Source: the human T2T-CHM13v2.0 reference genome, Homo sapiens. Taken from it: 64,000 nucleotides of DNA. The position numbers were made by a program, and so were the translations under genes. Shown here piece after piece: positions 28,571 through 45,925 of the stretch. Within the stretch, counting starts at the first letter, position 1. Every line of letters begins with the position of its first letter. Location: the NCBI RefSeq assembly GCF_009914755.1, contig NC_060939.1; one strand, written 5' to 3'. Below the pieces are notes generated by a model. The model searched no databases. It was not told the DNA's origin and was given only the letters and a program-made list of their open reading frames with translations.

Positions 28571-31130
28571 AATACATTCTGGGTCTCTGACATTTACAGT
28601 TGTCAGTTCTAGGAACCTGCTTCTTGCTCCAGAGGAAGAAAGGAAATGGGGCAAGCTGGGAACTGTTTTGTCCTCTGCTCAATTTTCCTAACCACATAAC
28701 TCCTGGGTCAGCCTAGGGAACTTCTAGGTTCACAAAGATCTATCTATTGACCGACCTCTTGTCCTCACCCTTTAGGACCAGGGATTACCTGATTTCTTAC
28801 AAGTGTTATTATCCTGATTAGACTCCAATCTCTTAACTCCTCCTCAGCTGTCTCTCTAGCTATGCTGAGTTCATTCACCTTCATCTTTTAGCCTCATTTG
28901 TCTACTCTGTACCATCCTTCTACCATCAGGATCATGTCTTTACATAATTCAAATCAAACTATTCAATTACCTGTCATATGTTCCTGTGCAAGATATGTTT
29001 ATTCCATGCGAGTGCTTTTTGATGCACCCTGCACAAACCCCCAAACTCCCCCAATATGAATCTATAACAGGCTCTTCTGGTTAGTTCTGCTTTATCTTGG
29101 GAAGTCCTTCAAGCTCATGTCTTTCCCCACCATCCTAGTTGTCCAGCCTTCTGCATTAGGACCTCTGACTTAGCCATTTGTTTTGGCTCCATGCCATGCT
29201 TGTTTATCCCATTTTGGTTTAGACAGTCCACTCTGGCTCAGTCCTTTTTTCCCATCAGGATGTGACTTCCATCGGACCAATCACCATGGGTAGGATATAC
29301 ATTGCTTCCCTCTCCACCCCAGAACCTTCATGGCAGAGTGTACCCTTCACCTATCAGATTAGAAAGGCGGTGGGTGGCCATATAGATGAGAAGACTGGGT
29401 TCCAGTTCCCAAGTTGCTGGTAATCCAGTACTGTGTATTGCTTGTTAATTTAGAGAAGGTATACTCTTTTTTTCTCCCTGACTGGTAACAATGAGTTTCA
29501 GCTATCATTCTTGGTGATGCCAGTGAAAAGATGCTCACCATCAAGGGTCACAGTTCAAGGTAGCCGTGTTACCCACAGTCTGTGTCTTGGTTTGCAGCTC
29601 CTTTAAGCTATATGGAGCATACCCAATTTTCTTGCCCTGAGTTTTTCATGGGAAAGATAGGGCTTTGGTACTTTTACCTGCAACACACTCATTGTCCCTC
29701 AGTATCATCTTTCTCACTCATCATCTCACCTAGACACTTTCCCTTCTAAAGTTTAAGTACAAACCCCCTAATCAGAAATTCCTCTGCCATAATTTTCCCA
29801 GTTTTGGGAGATGGACACTGTTTTCAGAGAAGTCCCAGAATCCTTATGTATAAGCCCTCCTTGGGTAGCCAGCTACCAACTTCCCATTTGTTCCACAGTC
29901 TTCCAAAACTATGACCTTCCATTAGAGTAAGACATGAAAACACTACCCCCTCCCCCTTAAGTCCTCAATTCCCTACTTAGGAAAATGAATATATGCACTT
30001 TTAATATAAGTTTATATTCCCCCGTGAGTAAGTAAGAAATGCACATTTTAAACCTTCCAAATTGAGTCAAATTTGTCTTGTGTATGACCTTTACCTGAGT
30101 TATTTTTTTCTTGGTGAGCGAGTGACTCAAGGTGGAACTCAACCTCCCCATGCTTGCCCTTAATGCTAGGAAATCTTAGCTTTTAGCCACTGAAATTCTT
30201 TAGTGAATAAACCTGTTTCTACTCATTTTTAAATGTATTAATCTGTTCTTGCATTTCACTTTGAAGAAAACAAGGTTTTTATTAATGGAAACAAGGTCTC
30301 CCACAGGATGTTCAGTGTGATTGACTCAGTCATTACATAATAGTCATAAACAAATGAGCTCCCTTTGAACTCAGCAGTTCAGGCTCCTACTGCATCTTGG
30401 CTGTGATTCCGTAGTTTGACACTTATGCTGCAGTTAATTAGGGTGGCTGTGAGAGGTAGACAGGGGCAGAGAAAAGGCAGGATTTAAAAGCTGTTCCTGC
30501 TACCTTTTGGGGGTTTCAACTCCTTTCTACATTATAAAGCTAATTGATAGATTTATGCTTTATTTTCTCCCTGGCCTCCCTCCTTGGCTTCAGATTTAAT
30601 GAGCCCAAAGGAAAGAGGATCATTATTTAAAATCTGGGTGATGTGCATTTAAATTTAAGATTTATATTTGTGCAGACTTTTTATCCCTGCAACCCAAGTT
30701 ACCTACATATCAAGCAAACCTCGTCTGTTGCATTGTCGGTATTCATCTCCCCTGTTGGGAAAGGTTTAATCTCATGGGTTATTTCCCAAAACCTGCTTTG
30801 TTGCTCTCTCATTTGTAAAGCATGCAATATCAGCTGGAGAGAGGAAGGCACTGGAAAGAATGCTTTGGTCACTTTACATCAGTTTTAAAGTAGTGGCAAA
30901 TAAGAGAATGCCTATTCAGGGCATTTATTGGCACTTCCATGGGGGGTAGGTCCTGAAGTTTCCTGTGGCAGGTGAGTGAAAGGCCTGGGAAGAAGGCCAA
31001 GGATGAAATTGATGTGGAGAAGAGGATCTGGCTGACTTTTCCTTGAGAATTCTAAGGGATATTTCTTCTTCCTTATCCTCCTTTTCTCCCCTTCTTTCAC
31101 TTAGACATGGGGAATAGAAAGAGAAATAGA

Positions 31131-31830
<700 letters not shown>

Positions 31831-32744
31831 TCTGATGAAACCTGGAGGAACTCTATTCACATCACCCCTTAGTCACACAGTCCTCCCCTCATGCCCCATC
31901 CAGCCCCTTTCTAGCTACACTGGACTGGGCCTGAGCCCTGTTGAGTCTGGGGCAAATGCCTCAAGGGCCTCTGGCCTCAGCTAAAAGGTAGCTTCCGCAA
32001 GGGAGCCTCCCTATCCAGACCTCTAATCCGGTGTCCCCTGTGAGGCATTGCCCTCGCGTTTGTAACTCACATCCCCGGAAGTCTTATTCAATTCAAATGG
32101 AAAGGCCTAGGAGATCCAAACCATTTCCCGTGGCTTCCAGGGACTTCCAGAGCTTGCTTTTTCTGCCTCTCCACTTCTACAACCTCACGTGCTGCCTTTG
32201 TGTCTCTCCCCAAATCTATTTTCCACAAAAGTCCACATGGCATGAGTTAACTTGTCATGAATTGACTAACTTTACTAAAGATTAGGATGATCATGAGAGG
32301 TGTGGAAGGAGGAATATCTCATCCATCCTCGGTTCACGGCTGAGCACTCCATAACAAAAGACAGATTGACAAGAGAAGTGCAAATTTATTTAATATAAGT
32401 TTTATGTGACACTGGAGCCTTCATAAGGAAATGAATACCTGAAGAAATGATTAAATCTGTGTATTTTTATGCCAGGTTTGATGAAGAGTGGACAGTCATG
32501 GAGAAATATGATAGAGCAAAAGAGTGCAATCTAATGGTGATAAACTGGGGGAATCTCAGCAAGCAAGGCCTGTTTGTTCAGATTCTTTTCTTGTCCCTGT
32601 GTCTTCAGAGATAAGGATGCTTCTCTTCTCTGAGTATAGGGAGGTCACCTCCATATGAGGGTCATATGACCTGCTTCAAGGAAGGGTCAGAAAATCCTTC
32701 CTGGGTGTGATGACTTGCTTCAGGGAAGAAGAGCAGGAGAAAGG

Positions 32745-33423
<679 letters not shown>

Positions 33424-33664
33424 GGTCTGGAGACCTTCCTGCACATGCTCTCTCAGATCCCTTTTTCCTTAAAATATTTAATATGCTCATATGCTAAAAG
33501 TCCCATATTTTTGGATAGCATGTCCAAAACACCACCAGAGGTGACTTTAACAAGCAATTGGCAATAGGTGCCTTCAAGGGCTCAGCCCTCACTTCACTCC
33601 CTTGTTCCTATTTCCTATTAACATTAGTTTTAGCTATAAGAGAAAAATAATATGTAAATATAAT

Positions 33665-34125
33665 AAAACATTACTTTTAGCTATAATAGAAAAAATAATA
33701 GCAGTGATCTAAAGGAGTTTATTTCTGCCTCACGTTAGGTAAGTCTGAGAATAAACAGTCCAGGGCTGTTGTGGTCTCCACATTACTGGACCCTCTTCTG
33801 TCTTACTCTTTCATGCTTAGCTTCTATTTTTAAGATTATCTCATCATCTAAAGTGACTGCTGCAGCTCCAGCCATTACATATACATTCCAGCCAGCAAAA
33901 AGGGCATATGCCCTCCCTTTAAGAATATCCCAAAAGTTGCACACTACTTCTGCTCCCATCCTATTTGCCAGAACTTAGTCACATGACCACACCTAGTTAC
34001 AAAGTAGACTGGGAAATGTAGTCTTTATTCTGGGCAGGTATTTGCGTGTCTGAAACCTGGTGGTTCTCTTACTGTGGAAGAAAGGGAGAATAAATATTGG
34101 AAGACAACTAGCAGACTCTGTCACA
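33665..34125 (-). mobile_element. MaLR MLT1J-like LTR
   Basis: ctgctgcagctccagccattaca...gccagaacttagtcacatgaccacacctag...gactgggaaatgtagtcttt. Confidence 0.8.
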
Positions 34126-35509
34126 CCTGTGACAATAAACATCCATCCCTTTTCTTGCCTTGCTTAATTTGACATGTGATTAGGCTCCCTCCAGGCCTCA
34201 CATTTGACCTAAGATATTGTTTGGGTGTTCTTCTCAAACACCTGCAGCTCACTTCCAAAGAGAATTCTGCTTGATAAACTTTTCTCCATCTTCTAAACCG
34301 TGCTAACTTCATGTGTTGCACTGCCCAGGCCCTATGTGGTTGTCATGGCTTTGTCCTCAGTGGGCATCCTCAGATTGCACACAGGACTGGTTTCCACACA
34401 CACATCCCAAGTTGTAGTTGACTTAACATTACATTTTCAGATTTTCCAGCTCTCAGAATGCAGCTGCAGGTTCACAAGTCAGCAACCCATGGAGAACAGT
34501 GAGACAGCAATGCGAGAATGTCCGTGGCCTAGCTCCCCTGCCTCACAGTCCCACGGACACTTGCTGGGGGCTGGCTTCAAGGCTGAGAAGCTGCCAACCA
34601 ACTTCTTCTGAGAGCCCCCTTCCGGCGAAGTGAGGCACAGGTGGTATTTATCTACTAAGCAGCACCCACATGAATACATTTAGCCGGATATGTGTTCAAC
34701 TTAGGCTCAACACATCTGCATCAAATATATCTTTGGAAGACTGCCCTATTTCGGCAAGAAGGCAGGAATTTCAGTCTGGTGATCTCCCTCCCCATGATCT
34801 CCACCATGCTGGTCTCGCTGTTGTATCCTTTCTTAGTGTCTCCTGTGGCACCTGACATATAGCAGGCCTTCTATCAATATTCGTTTAACGAATAGAAAAA
34901 TGAACAACATGTGCTAAATGATATACAAAGACCATTGAGCCAATCTAGTGGGAGAACAACATACAGTTATAATAGAGAGGAATTCATACAATATAAATAT
35001 GTACAGTGTCAAATGAGCACAGAGGAGATGTCCAAGCTGGATTTTAACATATAAATAGGAGTTCACTAGCCATATGGAGGTAGAGATGAAGGCAGAGGAG
35101 CCGATTTATGCAAAGGTGTAAAGGCATGAAACAATCTCACATGTTCAGGCAATAAGTATAAGAGGTTCCCTACCTTAAGAACTTTGTAGTTTATAAAGTA
35201 GTTTGTTTTTTGTTTTTGTTTTTTTAAATCTTTTCATTTTTTTTCTAGAAGTGATTCATAATTACTACTAATTTATAAGGAGTCAGAGCTTTGCTTTGGG
35301 ATAATTATTTGCATTCAAGGGTTGTGGAAAAAACCTGATAGTTTGTTGGAGTTCTACCTATTCCCTACCTGAGGGAACCAATAAAATTGAGAATTTTTGT
35401 TTCTTTCCTAGAGGTTGACTACTTGGAGCCATGTGAATGCTGCACAGTCTCAATATAAAGGTCTTTTAAAACCCAAGTGATAACCACTGCTAGAAAATAA
35501 TAACAGCAA

Positions 35510-36030
<521 letters not shown>

Positions 36031-36659
36031 AAAGTTTTGCAGTATGTTTAAAGTTATCAGGCTATTTCTTTTTGTTGTTGTTTGTTTGTTTGAGCTTGTC
36101 TGCTAAGCAGAGACAAAAACAAAAAGAACTTGCTGGTTTTGGGATAACCCCTTGGCCTTGATGCCTGTCGGTTCCTGCACATTCCTGTGCTGTGGGCCTC
36201 AGGACTTTGCTGCTCTCCTCCCATCCAGTCCCAGGCTACCCCTTCTGTGACCCATCCCCACTCATGACACTCAACCAGCTTCCCTTGGATGTGAGCACAT
36301 GGGCCCTCTGCATGCTAAGGTTCAGAATTAATCACTAGGGCAAGCAGGTGGAGGTGTCCAAAAATCAGACTCATGGAGGGGAGGGACAGGTGACAGAGTT
36401 TCCAGAATGTCTGTGCCTTTACAGGAGGCCCTGACTCTCTGGGGTGGTAAATGTGCTTAATACTTTCTGTTTCATCTCTCCCACACCCCTCTTACTCACC
36501 TAGGCCAGCCCTGAGGTGTCATGCTGGGTCTTAAGGATACAGTGTGCCCCTCTGAGGCCCTCCAGCCACCACTTCCTGCTGTCCTCTTTTGCCTTGCCCT
36601 CACCCACTTTATGTCACTCAGTCAGATGTTTGTCTTTTGCAATGTGAAAGGCGAAGTAT

Positions 36660-36870
36660 GATCAAGTGATCAGGAGCAAGGATGCACTGCTCAGACATGC
36701 CTGGCTCCACTTCCTGGCCCAGCCTCATACTAGATATGTAGCCTGAGGCAAGTCCCTGACACTTTTCATTCCTGTTTCCTTATCTATCAAGTGGGGGTCA
36801 TAAAACCTTCCTTACTGGGTGGCCGGGAGGATTCAGGTAAGATCATCCATAGTGCTCAATCAACACTGGC
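36660..36870 (+). mobile_element. MIR
   Basis: ggcaagtccctgacac...tgtttccttatctatcaagtgggg. Confidence 0.6.
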
Positions 36871-36969
36871 TATGAGAGACAGGCTGTGTAGGGGTTTCAG
36901 AGCGTGGGATCTGGAGTCAGACCATGGGTTTGAATCCCAACTTGGCCACATCCAACCATGTGAGCTTAA

Positions 36970-37280
<311 letters not shown>

Positions 37281-38120
37281 TAGTAAGTTTTTTATCCTCC
37301 TCTGTAAAATGGAGTTAATAACAGTATCTACATGATGGGGTTGTTGTCAAGATTTCATGCTTATAAACTTAAGAGTCAAATATTTAAATGCTAACTAGTA
37401 TGTATTAGGCCTTCAATACATATTAACCACTACTGTTTATCATTATTATCATCAACAGTTAATTCATTCTAGAGTAACTCTACTGCCTATCTGTGAAAGG
37501 CCCATCTGAGCAGGGATCCTTTCCAACAAGACTTGGACTGTCCCTGCAAGCCTTTAATTGTGCTCTCACTCATATTGCCCATTAGAACTCCCCCCAGTTG
37601 AAGATTTCTTTGCTCTTCTTAGAGAACAGAGGCTTGGCTTCTCTAACGGGCAGAGTTCCACAGCAGACAAACTAGAAAAAGTCTCCTGAGGAATTTTTCT
37701 TCATTCCAAGATGAATGTTCCAGAAACATCCCCTCTCCTGATGCGTCTTGGAAGTCCTGCTCGCTGACCTGCATGGAAATGGGATCTTGATTTTAAGAGA
37801 GGTTGATTTCACAGGAGGCTGACTTGTGTGTTATTCTCATAAAGCACATGTCATCTTAATTGAAACTGTGTGAGTGGTAAACTTTGCATTGTAAATTTAG
37901 AAAAACTCCCATGGGAAGGAAATGTAGCCTTTGAAACACTGGAGGAGGCAGTGTGAGTTGTTTTATGTAACTCTGGCACGGAGAATACCTGATTTGTGCA
38001 GGCAGACTTGTTGCAGATGCTGTTAATGGTGAGATCTGTTTTGAATAGTGCATTTTCAGGTGCTTTTAAAAAAAATTCTTAATGTTACCAAGTCTTTTTG
38101 ACTGTATTACTGTATTTGGC

Positions 38121-38422
38121 TTTTTTTTTTTTTTTTTTTGAGACAAAGTCTCACTCTGTGGCCCAGGCTGGAGTACAATGGTGTGATCCTGGCTCACCGC
38201 AACCTCTGCCTTGCAGGCGCAAGCAAATCCTCCTGCCTCAGCCTCCCAAGTGGCTGGGGCTACAGGCACACACTACCACACCTGGCTAATTTTTACATTT
38301 TTTGTAGAGATAGGGTTTTGTTATGTTGCCCAGCCTGGTCTCCAACTCCTGGGCTCAAACAATCCACCCGCCTCAGCCCTCTAAAGTGCTGGGATTACAG
38401 GTGTGAGCCACCGTGCCTGGCC
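38121..38422 (-). mobile_element. Alu (J-like)
   Basis: Alu consensus with T tail. Confidence 0.93.
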
Positions 38423-39161
38423 CAGCTTTGAGAATCATAAACTGTTTTTAGGTCATTCAATATTATTTTAAAAGCTATAGCCTTTTCTCCAGGCCATACC
38501 CCAGCTGGAACCCTGAGCACGGAATTACTTGGAGTTGTCGCTGTTTCTGAGCCTTCAAATCTACCAGGCAACCTATTGGTAAATGACTGTTCACCATAGT
38601 AATGGTAACAGCCTGAACACTAATGCCTAACATGCTCATATCATTGTAAGGAATGTAGTCTACCACTGGTGCCCCCAATCCTATACAGAGAAAAGAGTCA
38701 GGGAACATTCCCTTCCCATTGCCACTGCTCCTATGGGATGGGGCTGGGGTATCAAGGACCCTGACCCCTGTTTTGGGGTGCTGTTGAAAAAAGGGACATT
38801 GAAGCTTGGAGTAGTTTGAATGGAGCTAGCAAAGTCCCCATGCATGCTGTGCGATGCATACAGATGTGCAGGCCACCATCAGTGGAAGGTTCTCACCAGT
38901 GGAAGTGACCAGCATAGTCAGTATCACCTGGGCACATTCTTACTTACCAGCCCAGGTCCTACCTTAGGCCAATTAAATTGGAATTTAGGGCAGGGCCTAT
39001 ATGGTGGTTTTCAAAGCATCCCGGGATCTCACTGTGCTGGACACTGCTGGGCAGTCTCTTGATACTGACTCCTCATGTGGATCGCAGGTCAGGTATACCT
39101 GGAACCCTATGACCTCATCCATGGTCAGGCCTTATCCATTCAGGGAATCCCAGTGTCCTAG

Positions 39162-39585
<424 letters not shown>

Positions 39586-39679
39586 TTCTACTTTATTTTT
39601 GCTTGCAAGTACAGAGTTCTCCATGGTTTCATGCAACCAGTCCACCGTTGTACCAGCTGTTTTCTTCTCACTTCTCCAG

Positions 39680-40285
39680 ATCTGTCAGCCATCCTTTCAT
39701 CCTATGCTCTCTGTCTGCAGAAGGCTGCTGTATGTGAATTGCATCATCAAATCTTTCCTCCTAGATTCCCTCTGGGTTCAGCCCCACATGAGACAGGAGG
39801 AGGGAGGAGAGTGAGGTTGGGGTATTTATTCCCTTGGCTCTCTCCTTGCAAGGACATCTTAGGTTGCTTTCTCTACTTGACCATCTCCTTCTGGATTCTA
39901 GCAATCTCTCTCTTCCCTTGACTCACTGGGCCTGGAGTATCCCCTCCATTCTCTCTAGTTCTGGCTTACTTCACTATGCAGATGATTTTCAAAGTGCGGT
40001 TGCAGGACCAGCAAAATCAGTATCACCTGGGAACTTGTTAGGAATGGACATTTCCAGGCCCACCCCAGACCGACTACTGATTCAGACACCCTGAGGGTAG
40101 AGTCCAGCAGTCTGTGTTTTACCAAGTCCTCCAGATGATTCTGATGCAAACTCAAGTTTGAGACTCCCTGCATTATGCCTTCCTCTTATGCCCTAACCTA
40201 TAACTTTACTAATAATCCCTTTACGAAGCCAGCCTCAGATAGTCGTTAAGTTGAATGTGCCATCTGTCTCCTCTTGAAAGCCTGT
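39680..40285 (+). mobile_element. ERVL LTR33-like, interrupted by MER5A
   Basis: ggagggaggagagtgaggttggggtatttattccc...tgtgccatctgtctcct. Confidence 0.6.
39979..40170. mobile_element. MER5A (hAT-Charlie MITE)
   Basis: atcacctgggaacttgttag...caggcccaccccagacc...aagtttgagactccctg. Confidence 0.9.
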
Positions 40286-40514
40286 CTCATGAACCTTTGT
40301 TTATAGATCTCTGCACATATGTGTGAGTTTATTAGAGGAATAAATTCCTTTAAATAGCATTTTTGTGGAAAAGGAACATGCATTTCAAATTTTCATAGAT
40401 ATTGCCAAATTGTTCCCCATTTTGTTGTCCCAATTTTCTATTTATAAAAATGGCTTGTGGTTGTTTAACATACCTCTTCAATGACTATTGATTCACCAGA
40501 CAGTGGTGGTGTAT

Positions 40515-41004
<490 letters not shown>

Positions 41005-41210
41005 TTCTTTATTTTTTAAAAGAAGTGGCTAAGAGATGGGCTTTGGGCTCATATCCCCACTCAGCCATTCACTAACTGTGTCTTTAGGCAAGTTTATTAA
41101 TCTTCTCGAGCCTCACCTTCTTTGTCTACAAAATGGGGATTAAATCATAGTGTTTTGTGATGACCAAATAAAGTAACATATGTATGTAAAGTATTTAGCA
41201 AAGGGCCTGA

Positions 41211-41640
<430 letters not shown>

Positions 41641-44600
41641 TAGCTCCCTTCAGACAATTTCCAGTGTTCCAGATTGGCAGCTGCTGTAGAATGTCCTGTT
41701 CGTCTTCAAGGCAACAAGGCAACCTCTAGGTCCAAATCTATAGCTAAAGCTAATACTATTTTCTTTTAGCACCTCAAGAAGAGAGCTCACAGCGGAATCA
41801 TTACCAAACTCTCTGCTGAGCAGTTGTTCAAGAAACAGTGCAGCCCAGGTCTCTCTCCCCATCTCTACCCAGCATCAGCATCCCTCAGACTCTTCAAGAA
41901 ACTTTTGGAACGTTTACTTTTGGAAAAGTGAGCCTTCAGGAGCCCCAGCTGCCTCATCAGTTATCTGGGCCGACATAGGTTTCCAATCCTTTTCTATAGG
42001 GTGAGCATGAGTGAACGCCCACTGGCATCCTCCCATCCTGGGGCAGGGAGAACTTCTCATTTCCTCCCAGCAATGTGCAAACTCAGGTTTCATGCTTAGG
42101 CAAATTAAGTCCCCCAAATAGCACTGTTCACCAAGGTAAACATACAGATAATTTGCAGTACAGTTCCTGATTTACAAAAGAACATTTCAGAAACCAGAGC
42201 TACAACATCAAGGCATTGAAACGAGGCAAAAGCTCCACACGCCCTCCTTCAGACGTGCACGGAGCCAGCCAGGGCCAAATGTGTGAGGGTGTGACGCCAC
42301 TGGTTCCTATCAGACGGGGTCTTCTTCTGTTAAATGTGAAATCGAATGAGAACATAAACAGACTGCTAGTAAAGCTCCGAGCATATGTGTGCAAAACCGT
42401 GTTTAGAATGGTTCGAAGTTGCCCAGAGGAGTCCAGAGGTAGAGGAAGTGGATGTGCTGCCCCGCAGGCCCTGGGTATTGAATTCATTTTCCCCACCCTG
42501 AAGACAGCTCTTGTGCCTGGAAGATGAAAGGACGGGCGGACAGCAAGAGACATTTGAAAGTTACTGGAGTGGGATTAGGAGTATGGAGGCCACATTGGGA
42601 GCATTATGCTGCATGTTATGGAAAAAGAAATAAAAGCTGCTGCTTCCTTTTCTTCTTGAGCAACTCTTCTATCTGTAGGTCCTCAGCCCCTCCTGTTCTC
42701 ACCTCCTTAGCTGGGTCAGCTCTTCTCCCATTGTTTCAGCCTCCACCTTCATGCTGACCATTCTCCAGTCTTCACCACCAGTGCAGCCCAGATCTTCCTC
42801 CCGTCTCCTGCCCTGCATCAGCATCCCTCACACCGTCACTTTATTCACCCTCTTCACCATGCTGAACCTGCTTCTCCTTCTGTGATTCCCACACCCAAGT
42901 AAATCTTCACTTGAATACAGGGTTCTGCAGCTTAAAAAATCATAACAAACTATCTCACTGCTTGCTTTCAAATCTGGCACGATGTAGCAGAGCTGCGTGC
43001 CCAAATCCAACAATTCTGGTCCCCAAGGATGGGAGGTGGTTTGCTCAAGCCCCAAGGCTTGGAGGCTGCTGCAAGAAGCAGACCTGTGCAACTGCTTGCT
43101 GCCTTGGCACAAAGTTTTCCTTAAAGATGTTGCTCATTACATTCCATAACAGCATCTTAATGAGAACCTATGGGAGAAATTTCCCCTGGGGTCGGCTGCG
43201 TAGGATTAGATATTTTCATCCTGAGCAAGTGAGGCCGTTTTGGTTCTGTGAATGCCATGTCATATTATAGCTTACATCAGAAAGCCCAGACCTGCCTCTA
43301 GGAAGTATATAAGCAGGTATAAAAATAGATGTTGTATGCTAACTCCATTCCTGACTTTCTTGTGTCTTCGTCTACTTATTTTAATTTATTTTATTTGGTA
43401 TTATTACATATATTTATGTAAATCTTCTTTAAAGTAGGACATAACTTATGCAGAATTATATCCCCTATTCTCATATTTTAGTAAATAAACACATGCATAC
43501 AGTATCTGTGAGGATCTATTTATTAAGCAGAAAAATGCAACTTTTTATAGACAACCCGATTTGGTGGACTCCACCCAAAAGATGAACAAAATCAAAGTCA
43601 CAACAGCACCTGTAGTAACCTGTTATAAAATAGTGCAGCATTGTGAAGAGAGATTTAGACCTTGAATGTCAGTAGGAGGCAAGTAGAAAGAATTTCAATG
43701 GTAGGTAGCAGCCAAAATTCAGATCACTTCTATGTGGCCTAAAACACAGTTATGCCAAGAGTAATTATGGGATGTGCAATAATAAAATATTGGGGACTGT
43801 ATTTCTGATAAAGGGAAGACTCTGGCAACCAAATGAGGGGACCACAAAGGACGAGAATCATATGAGCCTTTTCCAGACACTGGGCAAAGTGTTCTGAGAG
43901 GTTATTCCTCTTGGGCTTCCCTAATGGGCCATTAGAAAAGGGACTGTTTGCTGGTTAACAGAGATGAAAGTTTCTGTCATTTTTCTGCAAGTGAACAGGT
44001 CTTTAATATTTCCTGAAACCACAGGTCTGCTTTGTATCCTTTAACTGAAACAACTATAATCCTTAACACCAGAGAGCTGTGGGCCCCCAGTAGTGCAGTG
44101 GCAGTCGAGGGGAACAGAAACACCTGCAGGAAAATTAGGCAGAGTGTATTTTTTTTTTTTTGGCAAGCCATGTCTGGGATCTGTAAATGCTGATCACTTG
44201 TTCACTGGTGGCTTTTCTTTACTTTCTTTCTTCTGCCTTTTTTTTTTTTTTTTTTTGTCAGGTGTTTTCAATGACTCCCCTACCTGAGTAAGGTACTAGG
44301 TGGACATATTTTGCACCGATTCCCATTAGGCTTAAATAACATTCTCCATCTCCATTTGTTCATGTTATTTGTCATGTTCACAACTTCTGTTTCTGATGCC
44401 AAGCCTTAGTTCTTTTAATTGGGTAACCTTTCTCTTTCTCTGACACTAGTGAAATTACTTTTACTAGAGTCTGCAGTTTCCTAATCATTGCTTCTGGATT
44501 TGGGGTTTTATGGAAGGATCAAGGACAAATGAAGAGTGAGAGGCAGGAAAGAAGGTTAACTTTAGTTTTGGGAAACTGAGCACTAATTCACAGATATGCA

Positions 44601-44869
44601 TCTCGGAGTCTGAAACAGAGACTTTTCATTAGTCGATGGAATAAACAGACAAATTTGGGGAAGAAACAGGCTGGGCTGTTTTTTATATGTTGATGGGGAT
44701 TTGGTTTAAATTTTGAAGCATACTTCAGCTTTTAGTTGCCAGATTTTAAAAGTACGTACCCTTCACTCTTTAGGAGAAGGTTTGAAAAAAAACTGTGTTT
44801 CCTGTTGAAGGCCAGTGATACCTGGCAGCTTACAGTTAGAAAACTCTATAACTTTATTATTTTCATTTG

Positions 44870-45580
<711 letters not shown>

Positions 45581-45599
45581 CAGATAGAAATAAGCACTT

Positions 45600-45925
45600 C
45601 CTTCTTGCTCGTGAGTTTTCAGCGTGGCTGAGGTGGTATTGGTACGTAATGAGGTGGAGCGGGCTCTGCTCCCTGAGCCTCTTACACCCTTCCTGGGATC
45701 TTCTCATCGTGTTGCCAGCTAGAGTTGACAAAAGTGCAGGAGTGCAAAGCCCAATCACATAAATGTTTTTCAAGCCTTGCATTGCATCTTAGTCACAAAT
45801 ATTCCATTGGCCAAAGTAAGTCACGTGGCCCAGCCTAAAGTCAGGGGGCAGGGAGTGCACTGGACCTGTGAAGAGGAGCGCAGTGGATAGTAAAATATTT
45901 TCAAACACTCATCAACTCTACCATA
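45600..45925 (-). mobile_element. MaLR MLT1-type LTR fragment
   Basis: tattccattggccaaagtaagtcacgtggcccagcc. Confidence 0.6.
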
